DNA of 63,760 bases, the filler included, from Octopus bimaculoides (taxonomy: Eukaryota): NCBI RefSeq assembly GCF_001194135.2. It is 7 parts of 7 records of this genome, joined end to end, with 100 filler letters (N's around TTAATTAATTAA, not from the genome) between each part and the next. Parts side by side here need not be neighbours in the genome. Positions count along the whole stretch, not along the records: positions 1 to 6,993 come from NC_069010.1; positions 7,094 to 12,808 come from NW_026359379.1; 5 more parts are not named here. One strand, written 5' to 3'. Positions 1 to 11,233 of this stretch are shown one piece after another; position 1 is the stretch's first letter; every line of letters starts with the position of its first letter. The notes beneath the pieces are model-generated. The model did not search any database and was not told the DNA's origin. It was given only the letters and a program-made list of their open reading frames with translations. Position numbers and translations under genes: made by a program.

Positions 1-104
1 ATCTTGTTTGATTCTTCAGATGCCAAGATTTGGCAAAGACTACAAGATGTACAAAAAAATTGTTCCCAGTCTACAGTTGGATGTTACAAATGTCTTGGAA
101 AAAG
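1..104 (+). CDS. CYLD: CYLD-like deubiquitinase, internal exon (5' end outside window)
   Basis: Frame from nt 2 reads SCLILQMPRFGKDYKMYKKIVPSLQLDVTNVLEK, matching the CYLD USP-domain segment SCLIIQMPRFGKDFK...PSLEL as I recall it. GT donor at 105 (gtaggt), phase 1. Confidence 0.93.
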
Positions 105-655
105 GTAGGTATCAATCGCCTCTAGGTGGTTGCTTGACATGCTAGAAGTAGCAGCTAGGTCACATATCTCACTAATTCTTTAAATTTTGTCTTAAATCTT
201 TTATCTTTTGTTTTTTACTTATTTCAGTCATTGGACAGGGCCTTGCTGGGGCACCACTTTGAAGGGTTTAAATCAAAGAGATCAACCCCAGCATTTGTTT
301 CTTTCATGTTCAGTACTTACTCTATCAGTCTTCTTTTTTTTTTTTTTTTGGCTAAACCTCTGTGTTACTGGGACATAAACAAACTAACACCAGTTCTCAT
401 GCACTGATGTGAGGAGAGATTCAAATGCAGGTACAATGACACACACACACACACATACATAGTTCCTGATGAGACATAAATGAAACAATATATTTTGTCA
501 TCGGATTAAATGAGTACAGATTAAATATCTTTATCTACTCTCAGACATACCTTTCAATATTTTGTTCTACATGGCTAGACATGGCTTCTTTTTAAACTTG
601 TCACACCCTGGAATATTATATATATGTATGTATATTATATATATGTATGTATATA

Positions 656-747
<92 letters not shown>

Positions 748-769
748 TGTGTGTGTATATATAATCGTG

Positions 770-960
770 GCACTGTGTCAGTTATGACGACGAGGGTTCC
801 AGTTGATCCGATCAACGAAACAGCCTGCTCGTGAAATTAACGTGCAAGTGGCTGAGCGCTTCACAGACATGTGTACCCTTAACGTAGTTCTTGGGGAGAT
901 TTAGCATGACACAGAGTGTAACAAGGCTGGCCCCTTTGAAATACAGGTACAACAGAAACT
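770..960 (+). repeat. Dispersed repeat, second copy at about 27435-27620
   Basis: gagggttccagttgatc...gaaattaa(c/t)gtgca...tagttct...gacacaga is shared between the two loci. Confidence 0.75.
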
Positions 961-1020
961 GGAAGAAAGAGTGAGAGAAAGATGTGGTGAAAGAATACAC
1001 ACAAATATATATATATATAT

Positions 1021-1320
1021 CATCATCATCATCGTTTAACGTCCGCTTTCCATGCTAGCATGGGTTGGACGATTTGACTGAGGACTGGTGAAACCGGATG
1101 GCTACACCAGGCTCCAATCTGATCTGATCTGCTCGAAATGGTGTTTTTTCCGTGCCACCTGCACAGGAGCCAGTCCAGCGGCACTGGCAACGATCTCGCT
1201 CGAATGTCTTTTCACGTGCCAGAGAGGCGATGTTGGTAACGATTTTACGTACCACCTGCATAGGGGCCAGTCCATCAGCACTGGCAACGATCTTAAATTC
1301 AAATATCCATTTTCTGACAA
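1021..1320 (-). mobile_element. RTE LINE 3' end with (GAT)n tail
   Basis: catcatcatcatcgtttaacgtccgctttccatgctagcatgggttggacg is identical to the tail at 29902, which is attached to an RTE reverse-transcriptase ORF. Confidence 0.85.
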
Positions 1321-1467
1321 AACACGGTAAGTCGACTGACTGTGTTTTGTCAGCAGACACCTGAGATGATATTAACTCCAGAATAGATTTCATTTTTTAA
1401 TGATTTCTCAGTATAGTGTAGTATTAATTTCTTTGTCTTTTTTTTTGTCTTCCTCAATCTATTCAAG

Positions 1468-1583
1468 GTCCACGGGAGTGTGTTATATGCGGTAAACTAG
1501 CGACTAAGGAATGTAAAGAGTGTTACAAAGTACACGGAGAAGACCTCTACACAATAGCTTTCTGTGACACCTGTGACGAATTG
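1468..1583 (+). CDS. CYLD: CYLD-like exon encoding most of the B-box zinc-binding insertion
   Basis: T-rich tract and AG at 1466-1467. Reads (G)PRECVICGKLATKECKECYKVHGEDLYTIAFCDTCDEL with three CxxC pairs. Donor gtaagt at 1584. Phase 1 in, phase 0 out, compatible with both neighbours. Confidence 0.93.
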
Positions 1584-1620
1584 GTAAGTTTTTATTGTTT
1601 TTCATGGCACATAAAATATG

Positions 1621-1848
1621 CCATTTTGAGCGTGGCCGTTGCCAGTACCGCCTGACTGGCCTTCGTGCGGGTGACACGTAAAAGCACCCACTACACTCTC
1701 TGAGTGGTTGGTGTTAGGAAGGGCATCCAGCTGTAGAAGCTCTGCCAAATCAGATTGGAGCCTGGTGTAGCAATCTGGTTCACCAGTCCTCAGTCAAATC
1801 GTCCAACCCATGCTAGCATGGAAAGCGGACGTTAAACGATGATGATGT
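1621..1848 (+). mobile_element. RTE LINE 3' end
   Basis: ...ttaggaagggcatccagctgtag...gcggacgttaaacgatgatgatg, same family as 29902-30770. Confidence 0.85.
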
Positions 1849-2263
1849 GGCTTAACTTTATGACTCTGCATTCCTTCTCGAAAATATCCTCATCCCATCA
1901 CATATCTTTCATCATACAAGCAGTCTGAAATATGTAGACAGACATAGTCTGGTTATGTTGACAGGATAGACTTATGAATGTACCGAAAATTGGGAAGACA
2001 GTGTAGATGTTGACTGAGAGAGATAGACATAGTGTGTTGACGTTGATTGGGTAGATGGACACAGCTTGTAGATTATTTACATTTGACGGATATTTGTCCT
2101 CATCTTGTTTGATGTTAACACAACGTTTCAGATTATATACCCTCCAGCCTTCATCAAGTGTCTTGACTGGATAGACACAATTTGTTTATGTTATTTATCC
2201 TAATAAAGATGAAAAATATTTCTTTTTCATCACAGTCTTTTTTTGCTGTGGTATGGAGTAGAT

Positions 2264-2540
2264 CAGGGGTTTTCAAACTGTGGTCCGCGGACCACAGGGG
2301 GTCCGTGGACAGCAAATACTTTTTATGGGCAATTTGATTTTATATATGTTTTTTAATCGAAATCTTTTAATTGACAATAAACCTATTTTGTTAAATACTG
2401 TTAAATAGATAAATGTCAAAATATATGTTATTTTAAGCAAATATTTATGTATAAATTTCATAAGCATTTATAAGGGGGGTCCCTAAGGTAAAGCCTGAAA
2501 TATAAAGGGGTCCGCAAGTCAAAAAGTTTGAAAACCCCTG
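2264..2540. mobile_element. hAT-type MITE
   Basis: TIRs CAGGGGTTTTCAAACT / AGTTTGAAAACCCCTG. 8-bp flanks GAGTAGAT (2256-2263) and GGGTAGAT (2541-2548) match at 7/8. Confidence 0.85.
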
Positions 2541-2988
2541 GGGTAGATAACACCAGATTATTTGCGGAATCTTACCAGCCAGACACTGGCACCGGCACTT
2601 GAGCAGATTTATCACCCCTTCATTTATATCAAACACATGGAGTTAAGTCCCTTCCCTAGTTCACGTTGATGTCAATTTGACATTCATAAAAAGTGTTTAT
2701 TTATTATTTTGATGCTACTACCACCAACAGCTGTGTACACAATTTTGGGAATGTATTTGTTCAGGGTCGCTTTATTAGGCCAATAATTTCCTGTTAGAAA
2801 CCAGCCCTCTGGGGGAATGGTAAAAGTTTATAAGAGTGAAGGGCCGTGTGGTAAGAAGTATACTTCCCATCCACATGGTTCCAGGTTCAGTGCCCCCGTG
2901 TGACACCTTGAACACATATCTTCTACTACAGCCCCAGACCAACGTAGACCTTGTACAATTTGGTAGACAGGCATTGCTGTGTGGTATG

Positions 2989-3232
2989 AAGGCAGCGAGC
3001 TGGCACAAACGTTAGCTCGCCGGGCGAAATGCTTAGCGGTATTTCGTCTGTCGGTACGTTCTGAGTTCAAATTCCGCCGAGGTCGACTTTGCCTTTCATC
3101 CTTTCGGGGTCGATTAAATAAGTACCAGTTACGCACTGGAGTCGATGTAATCGACTTAATACCTTTGTCTGTCCTTGTTTGTCCCCTCTATGTTTAGCCC
3201 CCTTGTGGGCAACAAAGAAATAAAAGAAATAA
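2989..3232 (+). mobile_element. SINE family B (ggcggcgagctggcagaaacgttagc...aaagaaata)
   Basis: Near-identical copies at 6484-6690, 43165-43402, 57448-57678 and, on -, at 53420-53595 and 57925-58095. Box-B-like gagttcaaat and an A-rich tail. Confidence 0.85.
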
Positions 3233-3240
3233 GAAGGTTG

Positions 3241-3835
3241 GGATCTTTTTTAAAACGGGGGCCACATTTTTCATTAATGTTTTACGTAGTGCTTTTGGTA
3301 CCGAAAGACTTTCAAACTTCGTATACTTATCTATTTTGTGTTATAGAANNNNNNNNNNNNNNNNNNNNNNNNNNNNNNNNNNNNNNNNNNNNNNNNNNNN
3401 NNNNNNNNNNNNNNNNNNNNNNNNNNNNNNNNNNNNNNNNNNNNNNNNNNNNNNNNNNNNNNNNNNNNNNNNNNNNNNNNNNNNNNNNNNNNNNNNNNNN
3501 NNNNNNNNNNNNNNNNNNNNNNNNNNNNNNNNNNNNNNNNNNNNNNNNNNNNNNNNNNNNNNNNNNNNNNNNNNNNNNNNNNNNNNNNNNNNNNNNNNNN
3601 NNNNNNNNNNNNNNNNNNNNNNNNNNNNNNNNNNNNNNNNNNNNNNNNNNNNNNNNNNNNNNNNNNNNNNNNNNNNNNNNNNNNNNNNNNNNNNNNNNNN
3701 GAATAACTTATGGATTTCTTTTTTTTTTAAGAAGACTAAGAGAAAAAGATGTTTTATATGACACATTCTACCAGTGTTCCAAGTTTCAAAGTGTTTCGTT
3801 AATGAAAAATGTGGCCCCCGTTTTAAAAAAGATCC
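3241..3835. mobile_element. MITE with ~40-bp TIRs and perfect 8-bp TSD (Merlin- or hAT-type)
   Basis: GGATCTTTTTTAAAACGGGGGCCACATTTTTCATTAA at the left end and its reverse complement at the right end. GAAGGTTG duplicated at 3233-3240 and 3836-3843. Interior partly N. Confidence 0.85.
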
Positions 3836-3975
3836 GAAGGTTGCTTCCCAACCATATGGCTCCAAGTTCAGTCCCATTGCATGGCACCTTGGGCAAGTGT
3901 CTTCTACTCTCGCCTCAGGCCAACCAAAGCCTTGTGAGTGGATTTGGTAGACGGAAACTGAAAGAAGCCCGTCTC
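3836..3975 (+). mobile_element. SINE family A, 3' part of an interrupted copy
   Basis: cttcccaacca...ttcagtccca...ggcaccttgggcaagtgtcttctac...ggatttggtagacggaaactgaaagaagcccgt matches the intact copy at 34101. Confidence 0.8.
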
Positions 3976-4102
3976 TTCTCTCCGCTCTCTCCTCTCTCTA
4001 TCTATCTCTCATTCACACACACACGTCCTCCTCCTCCTCTCACACCTCTTCCTCCTCCTCTCACACCTCTTCCTCCTCCTCTCACACCTCTTCCTCTTCC
4101 AG

Positions 4103-4328
4103 AACCACAAACAGAAGCGCAGAGAACACAAGAGGACCAAATTAAGAGAACATAAATACTTCTGTGAGCACACCCACAGCCAACAGATCCCGATCATACC
4201 ACGCGAGAAGATGGAGCTGTTTGCTGTGATCTGCATTGAAACTAGTCATTACGTATCGTTCGTTAAAAACAGTAACGAAGGGAAAGAACCGAAATGGGTC
4301 TTTTATGATTCCATGGCAGACAGAGAAG
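4103..4328 (+). CDS. CYLD: CYLD-like exon with catalytic His and Asp motifs
   Basis: Acceptor ttccag. Reads NHKQKRREH...[20 protein letters not shown]...[11 protein letters not shown], containing the CYLD signatures MELFAVxCIETSHY and FxDSMADR. Donor gtaagg at 4329. Confidence 0.96.
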
Positions 4329-4375
4329 GTAAGGAACGAAGAAGGGTTTAATGGTGGTGGTAGTTGTGGTGGACA

Positions 4376-4428
<53 letters not shown>

Positions 4429-4509
4429 CTCTCTCCACCTCTCTCTCTATCTATCAGTCTGTCTATATGGGGCAGTGGTGGTGGTGGTGATGGATGATGC
4501 TATTGTGTC

Positions 4510-6047
4510 TCTGTTCAACACCAACGTAATCGTCGTCGTCATCGTCGTCGTCGTCATCACCATTGTCACAACCACTCCCACCCCCAATCATCATCATCAT
4601 CACCACTATCACCATCATAGTCATCTGCATTAATATCACCATGACCACCATCCCACCACCATATCATCATCGTCGTCATCGTTATCATTTCCACCACCAT
4701 CTTCATAATTGCTGCCATCACCACCCCCACTCATTATCCCCACCATCGTCATCATCATCATCATCATCACCACCACCACCACTTATCATCACCACCATCG
4801 CCATCATCATCATCATCATCACCACCGTAATCATCATCAACATCATCACAACTATAATCTTCCTCATCATCATCATCATCATCATCATTGTCAATTTCAT
4901 CAGCAACATCATCATTACCATCATCATTGTCAGTCACTACCATGACCTTTCTCATCACCACCACTACTACCACCGCCACCACCACCACCACCATCATCAC
5001 CACCACCATCACCACCACCGCCACCACCGCCACCATCACCACCATCACCATCACCACCANNNNNNNNNNNNNNNNNNNNNNNNNNNNNNNNNNNNNNNNN
5101 NNNNNNNNNNNNNNNNNNNNNNNNNNNNNNNNNNNNNNNNNNNNNNNNNNNNNNNNNNNNNNNNNNNNNNNNNNNNNNNNNNNNNNNNNNNNNNNNNNNN
5201 NNNNNNNNNNNNNNNNNNNNNNNNNNNNNNNNNNNNNNNNNNNNNNNNNNNNNNNNNNNNNNNNNNNNNNNNNNNNNNNNNNNNNNNNNNNNNNNNNNNN
5301 NNNNNNNNNNNNNNNNNNNNNNNNNNNNNNNNNNNNNNNNNNNNNNNNNNNNNNNNNNNNNNNNNNNNNNNNNNNNNNNNNNNNNNNNNNNNNNNNNNNN
5401 NNNNNNNNNNNNNNNNNNNNNNNNNNNNNNNNNNNNNNNNNNNNNNNNNNNNNNNNNNNNNNNNNNNNNNNNNNNNNNNNNNNNNNNNNNNNNNNNNNNN
5501 NNNNNNNNNNNNNNNNNNNNNNNNNNNNNNNNNNNNNNNNNNNNNNNNNNNNNNNNNNNNNNNNNNNNNNNNNNNNNNNNNNNNNNNNNNNNNNNNNNNN
5601 NNNNNNNNNNNNNNNNNNNNNNNNNNNNNNNNNNNNNNNNNNNNNNNNNNNNNNNNNNNNNNNNNNNNNNNNNNNNNNNNNNNNNNNNNNNNNNNNNNNN
5701 NNNNNNNNNNNNNNNNNNNNNNNNNNNNNNNNNNNNNNNNNNNNNNNNNNNNNNNNNNNNNNNNNNNNNNNNNNNNNNNNNNNNNNNNNNNNNNNNNNNN
5801 NNNNNNNNNNNNNNNNNNNNNNNNNNNNNNNNNNNNNNNNNNNNNNNNNNNNNNNNNNNNNNNNNNNNNNNNNNNNNNNNNNNNNNNNNNNNNNNNNNNN
5901 NNNNNNNNNNNNNNNNNNNNNNNNNNNNNNNNNNNNNNNNNNNNNNNNNNNNNNNNNNNNNNNNNNNNNNNNNNNNNNNNNNNNNNNNNNNNNNCCACCA
6001 CCATCATCACCACCACCATCATCATCACCACCACCACCATCATCATC

Positions 6048-6093
<46 letters not shown>

Positions 6094-6100
6094 CAAGCAT
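4510..6100. repeat. (CAT/CAC)n trinucleotide array in last CYLD intron, spanning an N gap
   Basis: Visible degenerate cat/cac repeats. These are the source of the poly-His/Ile/Met ORFs in the track. Confidence 0.9.
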
Positions 6101-6149
6101 CATTGTTTTCAGTAACCTTATTTTTTTTTTTCTTTGCCTGCCTGTGCAG

Positions 6150-6325
6150 GTTGTAATGAGGGCTACAACATTCCAGAGGTCCGTTACTGCCCCAACCTGC
6201 AGAAGTGGATCACCACCAGTGACCTCGACTACGTGGATCCAGACCAGCCGGAACTACAGCGCCGCCTCTTCTCCGACAGTTATATGTGTCTCTACCAAAA
6301 CACACAGGCCATGATGTTCCAGTGA
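6150..6325 (+). CDS. CYLD: CYLD-like terminal coding exon
   Basis: Poly-T tract and tgcag acceptor. Reads (G)CNEGYNIPEVRYCPNLQKWI...RRLFSDSYMCLYQNTQAMMFQ-stop, resembling the CYLD C-terminus (GFNIPQV...RRLLCDAYMCMYQ). Phase 1 matches the previous exon. Confidence 0.95.
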
Positions 6326-6422
6326 GAGGTCACGCTCAACTGAACACGCACCTGCTGATGTTTCCACAGTCACACTGAACAGTTTCCCAGAACATTTGAT
6401 ACTGCTACTACTATTTATGTTG

Positions 6423-6481
<59 letters not shown>

Positions 6482-6483
6482 GT

Positions 6484-6690
6484 GGCAAGCTGGCAGAATC
6501 ATTAGCACGTTGGGCAAAATGCTGAGCAGTATTTCATCTGCCTTCGGGTTCAGAGTTCAAATCTCACTGAGGTCGACTTTGTCTTTCATCCTTTCGGGAT
6601 CAATAAATTAAGTACCAGTTGCGTACTGAGGTCAATGTAATCGACTGTCCCCCTCCCCTAAAAATTTCAGGTCCTGTGCCTACAGTAGAA
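6484..6690 (+). mobile_element. SINE family B copy just downstream of the CYLD stop
   Basis: ggcaagctggcagaatcattagcacgttgggcaaaatgc...gagttcaaat, flanked by (ATT)n. Confidence 0.75.
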
Positions 6691-6693
6691 AGG

Positions 6694-6747
<54 letters not shown>

Positions 6748-7037
6748 GAGTGAGAGAGCAGGGCATGCCATCATAGTGACACTGGGGTACAATTATACGA
6801 AGCCCATTATACCCATCATGACTACCCGTCTGATAAGGGTACACAAGGTACATGCATCAAAACCATATGTGCGCGACATGGTGATCTCATATCAAGATAA
6901 ACAGCGCATGACCTCACAGGTGGGGCCCAGATAGAATTTTCTTCAGGTCGAGTAGCCCATCCTGCTCAAAAGGTCCCTAAATAAAGGTTGTTTNNNNNNN
7001 NNNNNNNNNNNNNNNNNNNNNNNNNNNNNNNNNNNNN

Positions 7038-7049
7038 TTAATTAATTAA
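7038..7049. other. Artificial scaffold-join spacer TTAATTAATTAA embedded in Ns (also about 12853, 17408, 37787, 54181, 59684)
   Basis: The identical 12-mer, with stops in all six frames, is flanked by N runs at six sites. Confidence 0.9.
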
Positions 7050-7179
7050 NNNNNNNNNNNNNNNNNNNNNNNNNNNNNNNNNNNNNNNNNNNNATATATA
7101 TATATACACCCCACCCCCACCCCCACACACACACGAATGTACATATGCATACACAAACACGCACGCACACACGTTCAAG

Positions 7180-7237
<58 letters not shown>

Positions 7238-7567
7238 AAATCCAGTTCAAGAAAAAAAAATGAATAAATGAACCAGCTATGTTGAATAATATAAAGCAAC
7301 ACGAGAATCGTGTAGACTAGAAATAACAAATGATACAAATAAAACAACAACAACAAAAGCAATACGGACGATGGTGAAAAGTAAAACAAATAACGAACGC
7401 GGAAATGTTATGATATGAAAACAATAAAGGAAGAATTTGACAACTGAGAGACAAATTATTACAAACAATCATAGGTTAGAAAAAATACAGAGAAAATTCC
7501 ATTTAGAATTACAGACACATACACGTACATACAGAGACACTGATATGTTTATATACATACATATACA

Positions 7568-7634
<67 letters not shown>

Positions 7635-9355
7635 NNNNNNNNNNNNNNNNNNNNNNNNNNNNNNNNNNNNNNNNNNNNNNNNNNNNNNNNNNNNNNNNNN
7701 NNNNNNNNNNNNNNNNNNNNNNNNNNNNNNNNNNNNNNNNNNNNNNNNNNNNNNNNNNNNNNNNNNNNNNNNNNNNNNNNNNNNNNNNNNNNNNNNNNNN
7801 NNNNNNNNNNNNNNNNNNNNNNNNNNNNNNNNNNNNNNNNNNNNNNNNNNNNNNNNNNNNNNNNNNNNNNNNNNNNNNNNNNNNNNNNNNNNNNNNNNNN
7901 NNNNNNNNNNNNNNNNNNNNNNNNNNNNNNNNNNNNNNNNNNNNNNNNNNNNNNNNNNNNNNNNNNNNNNNNNNNNNNNNNNNNNNNNNNNNNNNNNNNN
8001 NNNNNNNNNNNNNNNNNNNNNNNNNNNNNNNNNNNNNNNNNNNNNNNNNNNNNNNNNNNNNNNNNNNNNNNNNNNNNNNNNNNNNNNNNNNNNNNNNNNN
8101 NNNNNNNNNNNNNNNNNNNNNNNNNNNNNNNNNNNNNNNNNNNNNNNNNNNNNNNNNNNNNNNNNNNNNNNNNNNNNNNNNNNNNNNNNNNNNNNNNNNN
8201 NNNNNNNNNNNNNNNNNNNNNNNNNNNNNNNNNNNNNNNNNNNNNNNNNNNNNNNNNNNNNNNNNNNNNNNNNNNNNNNNNNNNNNNNNNNNNNNNNNNN
8301 NNNNNNNNNNNNNNNNNNNNNNNNNNNNNNNNNNNNNNNNNNNNNNNNNNNNNNNNNNNNNNNNNNNNNNNNNNNNNNNNNNNNNNNNNAATATATATAT
8401 ATATATATAAAAGATAATAAGAGTGAAAAAACTACAGAAGGCTTGTGTTACATGGTTAAAGTATATATTTAAATTATGTCAGAAAAATGTAAGAAAAATG
8501 TTAGAAAAATGTTATAAAATCTTTTTGGTATATAAACATTGTATTTTGAGAAATAACCGGTTTCGTGTTGTCTTTTCAAATTTCTCTACTTCATTGTGTC
8601 GTGTTCGTTCCAGTCTGAGAAAGAAATATATATATATGTATACACTTACGTACAAACGTACGTGCGTACATACACACGTACATTTAGATAGAGACAGATT
8701 TGCCATGTAAATAAGAATATTGAATTCGGTATCCTACTTAACTTTTCTTTGCCCTACATTCTATCAATGTTAGGTCGACCTTTGTCTCTTCCGTTGAGGT
8801 ATATAATTATTTTCCGTGTAGATTTCTTTGATTGCTGTTTTAACTCTTTATATTTCTACACTTATTCACTAACTTGGTTTTACTCCATGTATTATTTGCT
8901 TGCTTCTGTTTTAACTTTTAAATCTCATTCGACTTACCTCTGTGACGGTGCTTATCTTTCTATCTATCTATTAATCTATCTATCCATCTATCTATCTTTA
9001 TCTAACTATCAATCAATCTATCTAGCTATCTATCTATCTATCTATTTATCTGTCTCTCTATCAAAGGCATATGATAAACCTATTATAATGGGTAATACTA
9101 CGTGTACTTTTTCTATTGTGATGTAATCTTTGGACTAACAATGTTTGCGGCTGAAGAGAGCTTTAAATCATTTTTTATATCAATAATATACCTATGCTGA
9201 TGTAATAACAGATTGTTTAGGAAGCTTGAAACACGTGTACCACGATATCCTTTGTGTTCTGTTTTCAATTTTTGTTTGATATATTCTCTCACCTCTGCCA
9301 TTGTCTGGCATATACAGGTGCTTACACTTATCAAGTATACTCTCTAAACTTACAG

Positions 9356-9395
<40 letters not shown>

Positions 9396-10340
9396 TATAT
9401 NNNNNNNNNNNNNNNNNNNNNNNNNNNNNNNNNNNNNNNNNNNNNNNNNNNNNNNNNNNNNNNNNNNNNNNNNNNNNNNNNNNNNNNNNNNNNNNNNNNN
9501 NNNNNNNNNNNNNNNNNNNNNNNNNNNNNNNNNNNNNNNNNNNNNNNNNNNNNNNNNNNNNNNNNNNNNNNNNNNNNNNNNNNNNNNNNNNNNNNNNNNN
9601 NNNNNNNNNNNNNNNNNNNNNNNNNNNNNNNNNNNNNNNNNNNNNNNNNNNNNNNNNNNNNNNNNNNNNNNNNNNNNNNNNNNNNNNNNNNNNNNNNNNN
9701 NNNNNNNNNNNNNNNNNNNNNNNNNNNNNNNNNNNNNNNNNNNNNNNNNNNNNNNNNNNNNNNNNNNNNNNNNNNNNNNNNNNNNNNNNNNNNNNNNNNN
9801 NNNNNNNNNNNNNNNNNNNNNNNNNNNNNNNNNNNNNNNNNNNNNNNNNNNNNNNNNNNNNNNNNNNNNNNNNNNNNNNNNNNNNNNNNNNNNNNNNNNN
9901 NNNNNNNNNNNNNNNNNNNNNNNNNNNNNNNNNNNNNNNNNNNNNNNNNNNNNNNNNNNNNNNNNNNNNNNNNNNNNNNNNNNNNNNNNNNNNNNNNNNN
10001 NNNNNNNNNNNNNNNNNNNNNNNNNNNNNNNNNNNNNNNNNNNNNNNNNNNNNNNNNNNNNNNNNNNNNNNNNNNNNNNNNNNNNNNNNNNNNNNNNNNN
10101 NNNNNNNNNNNNNNNNNNNNNNNNNNNNNNNNNNNNNNNNNNNNNNNNNNNNNNNNNNNNNNNNNNNNNNNNNNNNNNNNNNNNNNNNNNNNNNNNNNNN
10201 NNNNNNNNNNNNNNNNNNNNNNNNNNNNNNNNNNNNNNNNNNNNNNNNNNNNNNNNNNNNNNNNNNNNNNNNNNNNNNNNNNNNNNNCACTTATCAAGTA
10301 TACTCTCTAAACTTACAGTATATATATATATATATATATG

Positions 10341-10915
10341 TAAACTATTTGTTCTCAATTTCTGAACGAGTGACATGCGGCAACTGTACTATAGAGTAAA
10401 TTTTATTTGCCAACATAAAGCAGCAGTCTTAGTTAAGATGAATGTTACCGCTATTTAACCCTAGGTAAATATCTCCTCCAGCAGCTGGCTATCGAGGCAC
10501 TAAATGTGTCTTTATATTTTCGAACAAGGGAGCTAGTGTCTCCACTCAGCTCAAAGGAATATCTGTGTGCCAATAGTTTCTGTTTCTGGGTTAACAGTCT
10601 TCATCAGGACAGAATAATCGCTTGGCTACCGATGCCGGTACTAGTTCTTGTTCGAAATGTATAATTTTCAAAGTGGCACACAGTTATTGATCTCATAAAT
10701 AGAAAAACTATTAGCTCTAAATCTCTGAACGAGAAACATGCACCAACAGTACTATAGAGTAAAGTTTATTTGCCAACGTAAAGTGGCAGTCCTGGTTAGG
10801 ACGCAGTTAGTGCGTCGATAGCCAGCCGGGGAAGGTATTTTCCTGGAGCTAAGTAGAAGTAACATTCGTCCTAACTATGACTGCCACTTTACGTTGGCAA
10901 ATAAACTTTACTCTA
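10341..10915. repeat. Partial ~363-bp tandem duplication with a terminal inverted segment
   Basis: aactatt...ctgaacgag...tactatagagtaaa..ttatttgccaac occurs at about 10341-10450 and 10705-10800. 10860-10915 is the reverse complement of tagagtaaagtttatttgccaacgtaaagtggcagtc...aggacg. Confidence 0.85.
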
Positions 10916-11126
10916 TGTCTATATGTACGCATACAGTGACATATATTTGTACATATACAAGTATGTATATGTACAAATAACTGTATACACACACTCACAT
11001 ACATATTCTAATGCATACATATCTATATAGAGATACGTTTAACAACAAACATACAATTATATATCTATAAAAAAACATAAATACATGCATTCACACATAC
11101 ACACAAATGAGTGAGTGTGTGTGCGT

Positions 11127-11233
<107 letters not shown>

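Noticed and set aside
4364-6314. Long His/Ile/Thr/Pro-rich ORFs
   Set aside because: They are translations of the (CAT/CAC)n array and Ns inside a CYLD intron.
9320-10340. Identical ~50-bp sequence on both sides of an N gap
   Set aside because: Probably overlapping contig ends at a (TA)n tract (false gap). It cannot be separated from a true tandem duplication without reads.
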